Positions 48,150 to 61,119 of a stretch of 64,000 nucleotides of DNA are shown here, piece after piece; the first letter of the stretch is position 1, and each line of letters starts with the position of its first letter. Source of the stretch: Heterodontus francisci (taxonomy: Eukaryota). The stretch lies in contig NC_090372.1 in the NCBI RefSeq assembly GCF_036365525.1, positions 16,827,630-16,891,629 of the forward strand, given 5' to 3'. The position numbers were made by a program, and so were the translations under genes. Under the pieces are notes generated by a model. The model made no database searches. It was not told where the DNA came from and saw only the letters and a list, made by a program, of their open reading frames with translations.

Positions 48150-49480
48150 ATATCATAGGAACATGGGACCAGGAGCAGGCCTTCAGTCCTTCGAGACTGT
48201 TCGGCCATTCAGTTAGATCGTAGTTGATCTGTATCTTAACTCCATTTGCCCAATTTGTTTCCATATCCTTTAATACCCTTACCGAATAAAAGCTGGGCAT
48301 TCTCAGTTTAGACACATGTCAGATAGTTGGGCAGTGAAGGGTAGAACTGCAGCCTAGTGTTTACACACTTATAATCATTGATTTACTGAGATACACATTA
48401 CACATATGCACCTCCAAACACAGTTTCAGTCTGGTACTATATATATAGGAGCACAAGTGACTCCCCAGTTAATGCCCTCTACCTAAATACAATTAAACAT
48501 CCAATTAATATACAATTAACAATCCCAAGCCTCAACAGCTTTTTGGGGCAGGGTGCTCCAGATTTCCACTACGCTATGTGTGAAAAAGTGCTTCCTGACG
48601 TCAACCCTGATTGGCCTAGCTCGAATTTTAAAGTTATGCCCCCTTGTTCTGGACTCCTAAGTTTCTCTCCATCTACCCTATCAAATCGTTTTATCATCTT
48701 ATACACCTCGATTTGATCATCCCTTAATTGATATTCGAGGGAATACAAGTCTAATCTATGCAACCTGTCCTCATAACTTAATGCTTTTAGCCCTAGTAAC
48801 ATTCTGGTGAATCTGAGCTGTACCTCCATCAAAGGCCAATAAATCCTTCTTAAAATGCAGAACCAGAGTGGATGCAGGACTCTACATGGGGTCTGACCAG
48901 AACTTTACATAGCTGTAATATAACTTTCACCCCTCTGTATTCCAGCCCCTTTGAATAAAAGCCAACTTTCCATTAGCTTTTTAAATTATTTTTTGTATCT
49001 GTCCACTACCTTTTAGTAATTTCTATACTTGGATTCCCAAATCCCTCTGCTCCTCCACAGTTCCCAGCTTCTTACCTTTTAGGTCCAAAGTGAATGACCT
49101 CACATTTTCCTACATTGAACTGCATTGCCACAATTTTGCCCACTCACGTAATCTATCAGTGGCCTTTTGCAACTTCCTGCTCCTATCTACACTATTTACT
49201 GTGCCACCTAACTTTGCGTCATCAGAAAACTTGGATATATAGCTCCCTATTCCTTCATCCATGTCATTTGTAAACATAGTGAAAAGTTGAGGCCCCAGTA
49301 CAGATCCCTGGGCGACACCATTAGTCACACTTATTGTGCATACTCATTATCCTTATTTTCCATCTTCTACTTCCTAACCAATTTCCTACCCATATTTATA
49401 GTTTGCCTCCAATTCCGTGCACTCTCATTTTTGTTAACTGTCTCCTGTGTGGAACCTGAGTGAATGCCTCCCTATGAATA
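48150..49480 (-). mobile_element. CR1 LINE 3' region (degraded)
   Basis: ORFs 48569-48832(-) and 49110-49328(-): GVAQGSVLGPQLF, SKFSDD, LSYEDRL. Confidence 0.8.
48317..48521 (-). mobile_element. Possible short solo LTR nested in CR1
   Basis: Interrupts the CR1 3' UTR. TG...CA ends, TATA-like ctatatatatag and minus-strand AGTAAA. No TSD found. Confidence 0.3.
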
Positions 49481-49889
49481 ATGTCCAATGGCACTCACTC
49501 ATCCAACAACAATTTCTGTCGTGGTATTTTCTTAGGCTGTTTGCATCACTGCATATCCACTGGCCCAATGAGCAACAATCAGATCCTGTGAACCCCAAGA
49601 GACAGCATACTGCCTTCTAGCCCTTCCATGTCTTAAAGATGGTACAAAGGGTGCAAGACTATTCTCTCCCCCTGTACCACCATCGCAACAGGTTGTGCGA
49701 CTGTGCTGAAGGAAGAGGAGGCATGGTTCTGAAATTGTGACCCGTCAGGCATTCCTAAACAGCTGCTGCACATTTCTTTATGTCTGCAATGAAGAAACAG
49801 CTTCCTCAATTCTTCAAATGAAAGCAGTAGGTTCCACAGCCACACCTGTCTGTTGCTGCACATCCTCAAAGACTGACCTCAGAGCCTAC

Positions 49890-50790
49890 ACTTAGGTTTG
49901 ATCTTTAGTAGAGGTGTTCAAAATTATAAGGATTTTGATAAGAGTAGATAGGGAGGAAATGTTTACACTGGCAGGATGGTTAATAACCAAAAGACACAGA
50001 TTTAAGAAAATCGGAACAAAGACAGAGGGAGAGATGAGGAGAATTCTTTTCACTCAGCAAGTTGCTCTGATCTGAAATGCATTGCCTGAAAGGGCAATGG
50101 AAGCAGATTCAATAATAACTTTCAAAAGGGAATTGAATAAATATTTTTTTTAAATGAAACATTTGCAGGGCCATGAGGAACGAACAGGGCAGTGGGACTA
50201 ATTGGAAAGCTCTTTCAGAGAGCCAGCATGGGCTTGATGGGTCGAATGGCCTCTTTCTCTGCTCTATGATTCTATGAATGAGTTGGACCGACATAAAAGA
50301 TGGGAGAAAAATGTCTCAGCTGGAGCATTGTGTTCAATTATTGGCACCACACTTTAGGAAGGATGTCAAGGCATTGGAGAGGGTGCAGAGCAGATTTGCT
50401 GGAGCAATACCAGAGATGAGGGACTTCAGTTATGTGAATGAAGACACTAGAGAAGCTGGGCTTGTTCTCCTTATAGCACAGAAGGTTAAGGGGAGATCAA
50501 ATAGAGGTGTTCAAAATTGTGGAGGGTTTTGATAGAATATGTAGGGAGAACCTGTTTCCACTGGCAAGAGGGTCGGTTAACCAGAATCAAAGAGGCGATG
50601 AGAGAATTTTTTTATACAACGCGTTATTTTATTTCTGGATTGCACTGCAGTGGAAGCAAATTCAATAGTAATTCAAAAGGAAATTTGATATGTACTTGAA
50701 CAGGAAAAGATTGCTGGGCTAGGGAGAAACAACAGGGGAGTGGGACTAATTTGATTGCTCTTTCAAAGAGTTGGCACAGGCACAATGAGC
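49890..50790 (+). mobile_element. Two tandem CR1 3' fragments
   Basis: QLEHCVQLLAPHFRKDVKALERVQ and two copies of a CR1-type 3' UTR (ggggagtgggactaatt...gctctttca). Confidence 0.7.
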
Positions 50791-50984
50791 CAATGATTCA
50801 ACAAAACATGAATTTAAAGCAAGTTCTGTGACTTAAATTCTCACTCTGAAGGAAGAGTTACAAGTTCACTCATAGACCCTCTCTCAGAGACACTGGTTCC
50901 CATAAGCAGACTGAGCATCTTCTGTTTAGCACCAGCATTGCCCAATATCGAATGATGCCATAGTAACAATAGCAGGCCCCTCAT

Positions 50985-52450
50985 ATCACAGAATCACAGA
51001 ATCACAGAATAATACAGTGCAGAAGAGGCCCTTCGGCCCATCGAGTCTGCACCGATGCATTAAAGACACCTGATCTGTCTACCTAATCCCGTTTGCCAGC
51101 ATTTGGCCCATAGCCTTGAATGTTATGACGTGCCAAGTGCTCATCCAGGTACTTTTTAAAGGATGTGAGGCAACCTGCCTCTACCACCCACCCAGGCAGT
51201 ACATTCCAGACCGTCACCACCCTCTGGGTAAAAAAGTTCTTCCTCAAATCCCCCTTAAACCTCCCGCCCCTCACCTAAAATTTGTGACCCCTCGTAACTG
51301 ACCCTTCAACTAAGGGGAACAGCTGCTCCCTATCCACCCTGTCCATGCCCCTCATAATCTTGTACACCTCGATCAGGTCACCCCTCAGTCTTCTCTGCTC
51401 CAGTGAAAACAACCCAAGCCTATCCAACCTCTCTTCATAGCTTAAATGTTCCCACCCACGCAACATCCTGGTGAATCGCCTCTGCACCCCCTCCAATGCA
51501 ATCACATCCTTCCTATAATGTGGCGACCAGAATTGCACACAGTACTCCAGCTGTGGCCTTACCAAAGTTCTGTACAACTCTAACATAACCTCCCTGCTTT
51601 TGTAATCTATGCCTCGATTGATAAAGGCAAGTGTCCTATATGCCTTTTTCACCACCCTATTAATCTGCCCTTCTGCCTTCAGAGATCTATGGACAAACAC
51701 ACCAAGGTCCCTTTGTTCCTCAGAACTTCCCAGTATCAGGCCATTCACTAAACTACTTCCGTGTCACATTCCTCCTTTCAAAGTGTATCACCTCACACTT
51801 TTCAGCGTTAAATTCCATCTGCCACTTTTCTGCCCATTTGACCATCCCATCTATATCTTCCTGTAACCTAAGACACTCCACCTCACTGTTAACCACTCGG
51901 CCAATCTTTGTGTCATCCGCGAACTTACTGATCCTACCCCTCACATAGTCATCTATGTCATTTATATAAATGACAAACAATAGGAGACCCAGCACAGATC
52001 CCTGTGGTACGCCACTGGACACTGGCTTCCAGTCACTAAAACAGCCGTCTGTCATCACTCTCTGTCTCCTACAACTAAGCCAATTTTGAATCCACCTTAT
52101 CAAGTTACCTTGTATCCCATGTGCATTTGCTTTCTTGATAAGTCTCCCATGTGGGACCTTGTCAAAGGCTTTGCTGAAATCCATGTAAACTACAGCAACT
52201 GCACTACCCTCATCTACACACCTGGTCACATGCTCAAAAAATTCAATCAAATTTGTTAGTCATGACCTCCCTCTGTCAAAGCCATGCTGACTATTCCTAA
52301 TCAAATTTTGCCTCTCCAAGTGGAGATAGATTCTCTCCTTCAGAATTTTCTCCAATAGTTTCCCTACCACTGACGTGAGACTCACTGGTCTGTAGTTCCC
52401 TGGCTTATCTCTACAACCTTTCTGAAATAGTGGGACCACATTAGCTGTTC
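50985..52450 (-). mobile_element. CR1 LINE 3' portion (RT)
   Basis: ORFs 52260-52481, 51753-52250 and 51275-51748(-) carry canonical CR1 RT motifs. The 3' tail reads (ATCACAGA)n on the + strand. Confidence 0.93.
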
Positions 52451-52454
52451 TCTC

Positions 52455-54426
52455 TGCGCTCATCTTGTCCATGCAGCCCACCTCCTACTCTCTCAACACT
52501 ATTTCCACTAAACCACTGACTGCCCAACTTCTCCTCCTGGCTCCCATGTTAACTGGCATTGTTAATGGTTCTCTCTGCTCAGGTTCTGACCCAATGTCCT
52601 TCAAATCTGCCTTCATCACCACTATCCTAAAAAAAACCTTGACCCCTCTATCCTAGCAAGCTACTGCTCCATCTCCAAACTCCCTTTCCGCTCCAAAGTC
52701 CTTGAATGTATTGTCACCTCCCAAATTGGTGCCCATCTTTCCCGGAACTGCATGTTTGAATCCCTTCAATCAGTACCAAAAACAATCTTATCAAAGTCAT
52801 AAATGACATCCTGTATGACTGTGACAAGGGTAATCTATCCCTCCTCATCCTTCTCGACCTGTCTGCAGCCTTTGACACAGTGACCACACCATCCTCTTCC
52901 AACATCTCTCCACTGTCGTCCAGTTGGGTGGAACTGCACTCGCCAGACAATTGCTGTCAATGGCTTTTCCTCCCATTGCCACGCAGTTATCTCTGGTGTC
53001 CCACAAGGATTGATCCTTGGACCCCTCTTTTTTCTCATCTACATGCTGCCCCTCAGCGACATCATCCGAATACACATCAGTTTCTCCATGTTTGCTGATG
53101 AGAACCAGCTCTACCTCATCACCACCTCTCTTGACTCCTCCACTGTCCAAATTATCAGACTGCTTATCCGACATCCAGCATTATAATGAGCAGAAATTTC
53201 CTTCAATTAAATATAGGGAAGACTGGAGCCATTGCCTTCAGTCCCTACCACAAACTCTGCTCCCTGGTCACCGATTCCATCCCTCTCTCTGGCAACTGTC
53301 TGAGGCTGAACCAGACTGTTCACAACCTGGAATGCAAAGGAGGAAGGTGGTGGCAGAGTGGTAATGTCACTGGACTAGTAATCCAGAGGCCCTGGCTAAT
53401 ACTCTGGGGAAATGGGTTCAAATCCCACCATGGCAGATAATGAAATTTGACTTCAATTAATAAAAAAAATCTGGGATTAAAAGCTAGTCTAATGATGGCC
53501 ATGAAACCATCGTCAATTGTCGTAAAAACCCATCTGGTTCACTATGCCCTTTAGGGAAGGAAATCTGCCATCCTTACCTCGTCTGGCCTACATGTGACTC
53601 CAGACCAACAGCAATGTGGTTGACTCTTAAATGGCCTAGCAAACCACCCAGTGGGGCAATAAATGCTGACCTAGTCAGTGATGCCCACATCCCACAAACA
53701 AATGAAAAAAAAAACTTCAGCGTCATATTTGACCTCAAGATAAGATTTATACCACATACCTATGACATCCCTAAGACCTCTATTGTAACATCGCCCATCT
53801 CCGCCCCTGCCTCAACTCTTCTGTTGCTGGCACCCTCATGCTTGCCTTTCTTATCTCCTGACATGACTATTCTAATGCACTCCTGGCCAGTCTCCCACTT
53901 TCTATTATTTGTAAAGTTGAGGTCCTCCTAAATTCTGCTGCATGTGCCCTAACTCACACCAAATGTCATTCACATATCAGCCCTTTGCTTGCTGACCTAC
54001 ACTGGCTCCAGGTTAAACAATGCATTGATTTTAAAATTCTCATTCTTATTTTCAAATTTCTCCATGGCCTAGCCCCTCCCTATGCCTGCAGTCTCCTCCA
54101 GCCCTACAACCCTCTGAGATATCTGCGCTCCTCTAATTCTGTCCTCTTGAGCATTCCCGATTTTAATCGCTCCACCATTGTTGCCGTGCCTTCAGCTGCC
54201 TGGACCCTAATCTCTGGAAACCCTCCTTAAACCTCTCCGCCTCTCTACCTTACTTTGCTCCTTTAAGACAATCCTTAAAATCTGCCTCCTTGACAAAGCT
54301 TTTGGTCACTTGACCTAATATCTCCTTCTGTGGCTCGGTGTCATACTTTATTTCCTAATGATTGTGTAGCACCTTGAGGCACTTTATTACATTAAATGCA
54401 CTATATAAATATAAGTTGTTGTTGTT
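52455..54426 (+). mobile_element. L2-clade LINE RT/3' region, interrupted by a SINE
   Basis: ctcgacctgtctgcagcctttgacac (LDLSAAFD), ggtgtcccacaagga (GVPQG), LQLNIGKT, LADLHWL, and an L2 tail aaatataagttgttgttgtt. Confidence 0.85.
53331..53713 (+). mobile_element. tRNA-derived SINE with 'family B' LINE 3' tail
   Basis: A-box tggcagagtggtaatg, B-box ggttcaaatccc. Tail gggcaataaatgctgacctagtcagtgatgcccacatccca-polyA matches the LINE end at 19681-19745. Confidence 0.8.
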
Positions 54427-55534
54427 CAGCAGTGGGGGATGTGGCCATCCAGTAGATTCTGTCAATTACAGGCGGTAGCCAAAAATGCCACCTGCCACCA
54501 TCTTTCAGGTGAAGCTCGCTTTTCTTCTCTTCCCCTTCACCAGTCAAGTTCAGCTTCTTTGAATTATTTAAATGTCAGTGTTTCTATCCGTTTTGCTTTT
54601 AGATTTTAAACATTTTGAATTGCCATTGTCACCAGCGTAAGCCAATGTCCGAGGTCGCTGCTACAAAAGTTTCAAGTTTTCCATTAGGTATTCTCTTGGG
54701 TACAGAACTAAAAATGTTTCAGGGTTAGCTTGTATTGTCCACTTGCTAACTTTAGGATGGTGTAACCCAGGGATATATCCTCTTGTGCGGGCTGAGCTAG
54801 TTATTTGTGTCTTTAACACATGTCCAACTTCAACCTCTTTGAAAGCAGACAGAAATAGTGCTTGATGAGACAAGAAAAGATACAAATTGTTCAGCTGCTG
54901 GCTTACAGTATGTGAACACACAGAGTAACAGTTATTTTTGGATTCACTTATTCCAACATGTATTAATGTAAAAATAAAATAATGAACAAGCTACCCAGAT
55001 CACCACGCCCATTTTCAGGGCTTCAACAAAGTAACTTCTAATTAGTTTCCTTCATTGTAACCTTCTTGTAACCTTTGCTGTGATTGACAATCTTCACAGC
55101 ATTCTGTTTTAAAAATCCTGACTGCCCTCGTTTCTGCATCTATTTTTTATGCCTCTCAGTTTTTAATCACAAGGGATCAGAGACTTCTCAACGCAATGGT
55201 TGTGAGGTGTTTATCCATTATGAAGACAAGCTAAGAAATTGCTCATTATTTACATGTAAGGAGAAGCAACATCAAATCTCAGCTCATTAGATTTTTAACC
55301 ACTTATCAGCTTGTGCCTTTTAAGTTACGAAAATACACTTTGCTTTTAAAGACAATTAAAAACAACTCTTTTTCCAAATACTTTCTGCAGTGAAAATGTT
55401 CAAAAAAAATCTCAAAATGTAACTGGGTCAAAGAGGTGAAGAATTGCAGAGAGAAAAGAAAGATGCATAAGTGTAAATAAGTAAAAGAAAACTGGCTGAA
55501 GTTCTTTCTTTGTTCTTACTGTTTGCGACCACAG

Positions 55535-55675
55535 GAGCCTTTTTAATTCCATACCTCATTGCACTGATCTTTGAGGGAATTCCACTACTCCACCTTGAAC
55601 TGGCAATCGGACAGCGTATCCGGAAAGGTAGTATCGGTGTCTGGAACTCCATTTCCCCTTACCTCGGAGGAGTCG
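55535..55675 (+). CDS. SLC6A18: SLC6A18 coding exon 2, 141 bp
   Basis: ccacAG acceptor, GTAAGG donor. Encodes [47 protein letters not shown]. Confidence 0.9.
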
Positions 55676-55759
55676 GTAAGGTCTTGCTTTTAACATTTAA
55701 AAAGAAATTAGGTGCTGTTTTTATTTAGCAAATGGACATCTTTGATGTCCTAAAAAATG

Positions 55760-56712
55760 ATTGTACGAACATACGAATTAGGAGCAGGAGTAGGCCAATC
55801 GAGCCTGCTCTGCCATTCAATAAAGTCATGGCTGAACTGATTACTACACATTTTCACCTATCCCCGATAATCTTCCACCCCCTTGCTTATCAAGAATCTA
55901 TCTACCTTTGCCTTAAAAATATTCAAAGACTCTGCTTCCACCGCCTTTTGAGGAAGAGAATTCCAAAGGCTCACGGCCCTCAGAGAAAAAATTTCTCCCC
56001 ATCTCTGTCTTAAATAGGGGACCCCTTATTTTTAAACAGTGACCCCTAGTTCTAGATTCTCCCACAAGGGGAAACATCCTTTCCACATCCACCCTGTCAA
56101 GACCCCTCAGGATCTTATATGTTCCAATCAAGTCTCCTCTTACCTTTTTATATTCCAGCAGATGCCTAATCTGTCCAATCTTTCCTTGTAAGACAGCCCG
56201 CCTATTCCAGGTATTAGTCTAGTAAACCAACTCTGTACTGCCTCCAACTCATTTACATCCTTCCTTAAATAAGGAGAGCAGTACTGTACACAGTACTCCA
56301 GATGTGGTCTCACCAATCCTCTGTATAGCTGAAGAATAACCTCCCTAATTTTATATTCAATTCCCCTTTCGATAAACGATAACATTTTATTAGCTTTTCT
56401 AATTATGTGCTGAACCTGCATACTAACCTTTTGCGATTCATGCACTGAGATCCCTCTGCATCTCAGAGCTCTCATCATTTAGATAATATGCTTCTTTTTT
56501 ATTCTTCCTGTCAAAGTGGACAATTTCACACTTTCCCACAATATACTCTATTTGCCAGATCTTTGCCCACTCACTTAACCTATCTATATCCCATTGTTGC
56601 CCCCTGTGTCCTCTTCACAAGTTACTTTCCTACCTATCTTTGTGTCATCAGCAAATTTAGCAACCATACCTTCGGTCCCTTCAGCCAGGTCATCTATATA
56701 AATTGTAAAAAG
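55760..56712 (-). mobile_element. CR1 LINE 3' region
   Basis: ORF 56140-56478(-) encodes ILQLYRGLVRPHLEYCVQY...LSYKERLDRLG. Confidence 0.88.
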
Positions 56713-58032
56713 TATTTGTGATTCCCAGAGACTCCAATCTTAAACGTAAGATGACTATAAGAGTTTGTGCTGCAAAAGGGAAACTAACCTTTTGATTTAA
56801 AAGTGTCCTATTTTATTATGAGGTTGGTTGCTGATTTCAGCAGAAGTTGTACACCATTTAATAAGCAGTAGTTTAATTTCCAGGGCAATATTAACAAGGG
56901 CCAAACATACAAACTAATATAAAAGTCTAAGCAAATCATTTCACATCTCAAACAATCATAGAAAATATAAAGTAATAAATAACGACGATGAAAATCTGCG
57001 TAACACTGCTTCATGGTACAGCTGTTACTGGCACACAGCACCATGGAAACGAGGGCACAAAAATTGCTGAATTGCGACATCCCATGGGAACACATGAATT
57101 GGATTATTTTCCTCACCCTTCAGGCTGTATTATTTTTGTGCCACAAATTGCTGGAAGTGCAAATTGATAATGGCACGGCGTTATCAACAGGGCATCCAGG
57201 GCCTCATTAACGTGGGTCCAATGGTCTATCAGCTTAACCAATGAAATTTAAGGATAGAGAAAGAAACAGAGGGAAAGACAGAGAAGAAAATAAGGTGAAT
57301 TGGTGACAAATTAGATAAAGATAAATAAAGAGACAAAAGAAAGATTGGATTGAAAGAAGATTCAGAAAGGAAAAGCAAGAAAAAATGTTAAAATTTAAAA
57401 TTCAAGAAACCTCTAGAAACAATTTACTACCTGCAGGAGTGAGGCTGCACAGTTTCAATTGTTTTTATTCTAAACCTACACCGTTGAGCTTCATGTCGGG
57501 ACCTCAATCACGTCATTAGCAGGGTTGTTATGCTGTGAAATAGCAGCCCGAATCTGTGACAAGATTCATTCGTATTTACACATAAATCCAGCTATTTCTT
57601 GACACTCATGGGGAGGTTGATGGCAATTATTTATTTTTGTGAGGCTAATGATGGAAAGGCGTGATTCATCCAGCAATTTGTGGCAGTTGGCAAATCACGC
57701 CGCACCTCTTCCTTGCTACAAATTGCTGCGATTTTTACTCACGAATAGCGGTAGGCACCATGAACTTGCCACTATCTTTCCAATAATTTCTGAGCCATGG
57801 TGTGGACATGGAAGAAATATTGAATTGATCATTGAAAGCATTGCAGGAGTGGCCAAAGGGTGGTCAGCTGCTGATTCTCTTTCATCTGAGGAATGGCTAG
57901 TCCTTCTCCTAATGGCAGAGATGAAGACTTCACAATGCTGGAAATTCCATGTAAACACCTAAGTCCTTTCATTCCATAGCATCATGCTTGTGCCAACTTG
58001 ATGGTCTGGTCTGCTTTTCAAACTGACATCAT

Positions 58033-58836
58033 TGTTATGACCAGGTGAGAAAGGTGTCTAGGGGTCTTTCTGAGCCTTCACCTGGTCTTATTGTAACAGA
58101 GTTTTGTTTTAAACACACTGTGTTTTGAGCTCCCTCTTGGTGAATCCTTGTTCACCGCTCTCCAACGATAAGGCAAAGAAACCAATGCACCAGGTTTTCT
58201 CAGGTTTAAAGAAGAAAAGTGAAATTTATTAAAACTTAACCTTAAACTCTAATTCGTTTAACACCTACGGATATACGACGTGCCCACGCTAACATGCACA
58301 TGTGATATGTACATACAAACAGAGACAGAAAACAGCAGAAGAAAAATAGAGAGGTTTGAGGCAATATCTGAAGAGGGGTTTTTGTTACTGTACTTCGAGC
58401 TTGCTGTAGTCCTTGCTTTTCGTTGGGGCCCAGTATTCTTCTTAAACCTTGTTCACTGTAGGAGACTTTTCTCTCTTGGGGTTCATATGTCTTCAATGGA
58501 TTCTGAAGCTGTTGAGAACGAGATGAGAGCAGACAGGAGAGAGGTCTTTTCAGTCCAGGAGCAAACAGCTTTCTGTCTTCAAACACTGTTTTTCCAATTT
58601 AAAACTCCCCTAGTTGGCCAGCAGGTGGTCACGTGACTGACTAGTTTGACCCGGTCTCTTCTGTGTATTGGGGAGCAAGGACTGGTTCCTTTGTTCCAAC
58701 ACTGTCCGCCAGTATGAAAAAAAATGTATTTCCAGCCAGGGGCTTGGCAACCCCTTGTAATAGGCCTTCTTTTCTTCCCAGCAACCATTTTAAAATTTAA
58801 TGTCGATTATGTGCCTCATTCTTGGCTTGCATGACA
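58033..58836 (-). mobile_element. Probable solo LTR (Gypsy-like), 804 bp
   Basis: Inverted termini TGTTATG...CATGACA, flanks TCAT/CCAT (4-bp TSD with one mismatch), minus-strand AATAAA near 58225. Non-coding. Confidence 0.6.
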
Positions 58837-59501
58837 CCATCCTTAACAAACATAATGGCTGCAGCTCTCTGTCCATTTGGTTTAATTTTTGCAATCCATT
58901 TGCTAGAGAGCCACAAAGAGAGAAGCTGGAGCAGCCACACCTCGTCCAACTCTTGTTTGCCTCAAATCCAATGGACCACTCTACAATCATCAACATATCT
59001 TCATCTGCCATTTGTAAACATGCACATTTCTGTGTGACCTTAGTGTTTTCGATCTGTATCTGATTAGCCCAATCTCATAACTATATTGGAAAATATTCGC
59101 CATTGTAAAAACAGGAAGATTACAATTTCAATACCCGTCAACCTGAATCCTTGAAAAAAGTGGCGTATTTGTTGAGCACAGCCCAAACGCATAGCTATCT
59201 GCTGTGCACTTGAATGAATGGATTACAGCAGTAATGAGGAGGGTAAGTAGCTACTCATTGGCCATTAGTTGATATATTCTATAAAACCAAGCAGCCATTA
59301 CAGTGACGTAAAAGCTCATGTTTCTAAAGTGCTACTTATCTGCTAACGTTAAGAGCAAATTAAAGTTCCAGTATGTTTATGCTTGTATTTTTAATCTCCA
59401 ATTCTAGCATAAAATGCACTGCAGTTCATTATGTCTCATGCACATCATTAAAGAAACTTGCAATTCTTTTGATCAATTTTCTTTAATTTATTATGTTGCA
59501 G

Positions 59502-59639
59502 GCATCGCCTCCATGCTGGTTTCCTTCCTCTTGGGGTTGTATTATAACACCATCCTTGCATGGGTACTCTGGTACTTTTTTCATTCATTCGAGGAACCAC
59601 TACCATGGAAAAATTGTCCTTTAAACAACAATAAAACAG
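59502..59639 (+). CDS. SLC6A18: SLC6A18 coding exon 3, 138 bp
   Basis: ttgcAG acceptor, GTtaaa donor. Encodes [46 protein letters not shown]. Same length and phase as the paralogous exon at 3261-3398. Confidence 0.9.
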
Positions 59640-59859
59640 GTTAAAAATTTAGAAATATTTAATCAATCATCCAGTGAGGAGACATGTAACTGTTTTTTAT
59701 CTTTGTGTCTGCTATGATGAGGGACACCTTTGCTGGGTAATGGAACTTTACTTTACATTCACTATCAACAGTGATCATTACTTGATCAAGTACAACATGA
59801 ACACATGGGGGGTAAATTTTCATGTGTCCAATTTCTAGGGTTAAATTGTGAGGACAGGT

Positions 59860-60283
59860 TGCAGAAACTTGCTTTGTATTCCTTGAATTGAGATGGTTGA
59901 GGAAGGGTCTGATCAAGTTCTTTCAAATTATAAGGGGATTTGATAGGGTTGATGGAAAGAAACTATCTGCTCTCCTGGGGGTGTCCAGAACAAGGGGCAG
60001 AATCTTAAAATTAGAGCTCGGCCATTCAAGAGTGAAATTAAGAAGCACCTTTTCACAAAACAGGTTGTAGAAATATGGAACTTTCTCCGCCACAAAGATA
60101 TTGTGGATGCTGGGTCAATTGAAATTTTCAAAACCAAGATTGATAGAACTTTATTTGATGAGAGTATCAGGAGGTATGGATCAAAGTGGGGTACATGGAA
60201 CTGAGGTATAGATCAGCCATAATAAAATTGAACGACAGAGCAGGCTCGAGGGGCTGAATGGCCTACTCCTGTTCTTATGTTCC
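59860..60283 (+). mobile_element. CR1 LINE 3' fragment
   Basis: LIKFFQIIRGFDRVDG...SRTRG, then the tail ggggctgaatggcctactcctgttcttatgttc. Confidence 0.75.
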
Positions 60284-61119
60284 ATCGGGCAGGAACTGTA
60301 AATTGAGAGCCTACCACTTCTGTGTGAGGTCTGAACCATTTTCAAAGTCGGGCATCATTTGACACACAGCTCAGCAATCACAGAGGGGAGGCAGGAGGGA
60401 GATCTGTTAGCACCTATGCAGAGCCAAGTTGCAATTGAAGCCTTAAGTGGCTTCATGTTGCACTTGATCTCTGTTGGCGACAGAGGGATTAGCAGGAAGT
60501 GGGAACACCTTTAGTAGCCTACAGCAATCCCTTCAAGGACTGTTGCTGAGACTTCTCTATGCCAAATACCAATGGCGGGAACATGCACAGTCCAAGCTCT
60601 GTCCTTTGTACCTTGAATTTGTGACTGGGTCCTCTGGCCATCCATTTCCAGGACCGGATAGAAATGGCGGCGGGCATATCACTGGTAAGTAGCTACTGAC
60701 CTGTTCCTGCCCAAATTTTGGAATGTAAATCAGCCCTATGCACAGTAAAACTCCCACTGCTCAAAGCAAGCAATGGTCTAGAAAGTTGATCGTGCCACCC
60801 CTGATTTTCACATACCACATGCCTAAGTCTGCAATATGGCAGGAGGAAGCACATACTCATTATGAGCTGGAAGTGCGCCACCTGCCATATTGGATCGAGC
60901 TTCTCCTTAGGTGTCCAGAACGCCCGCCTGATCTGTGAAAAACATTGAATAATTAACTTTGATACCATCTCCCCTACCACTGGAGAACCCCCCCCCCCCC
61001 CCCCATCAATGAGATGAAGATTGGGCAGGTACTACAATGGGTAGCCAGGTTACTGCCCAGGTGGTGAGAGCAAAAAGTTACAATGGTGGCAATTTGCATC
61101 ATTAAGTGTAAAAAAGTTT

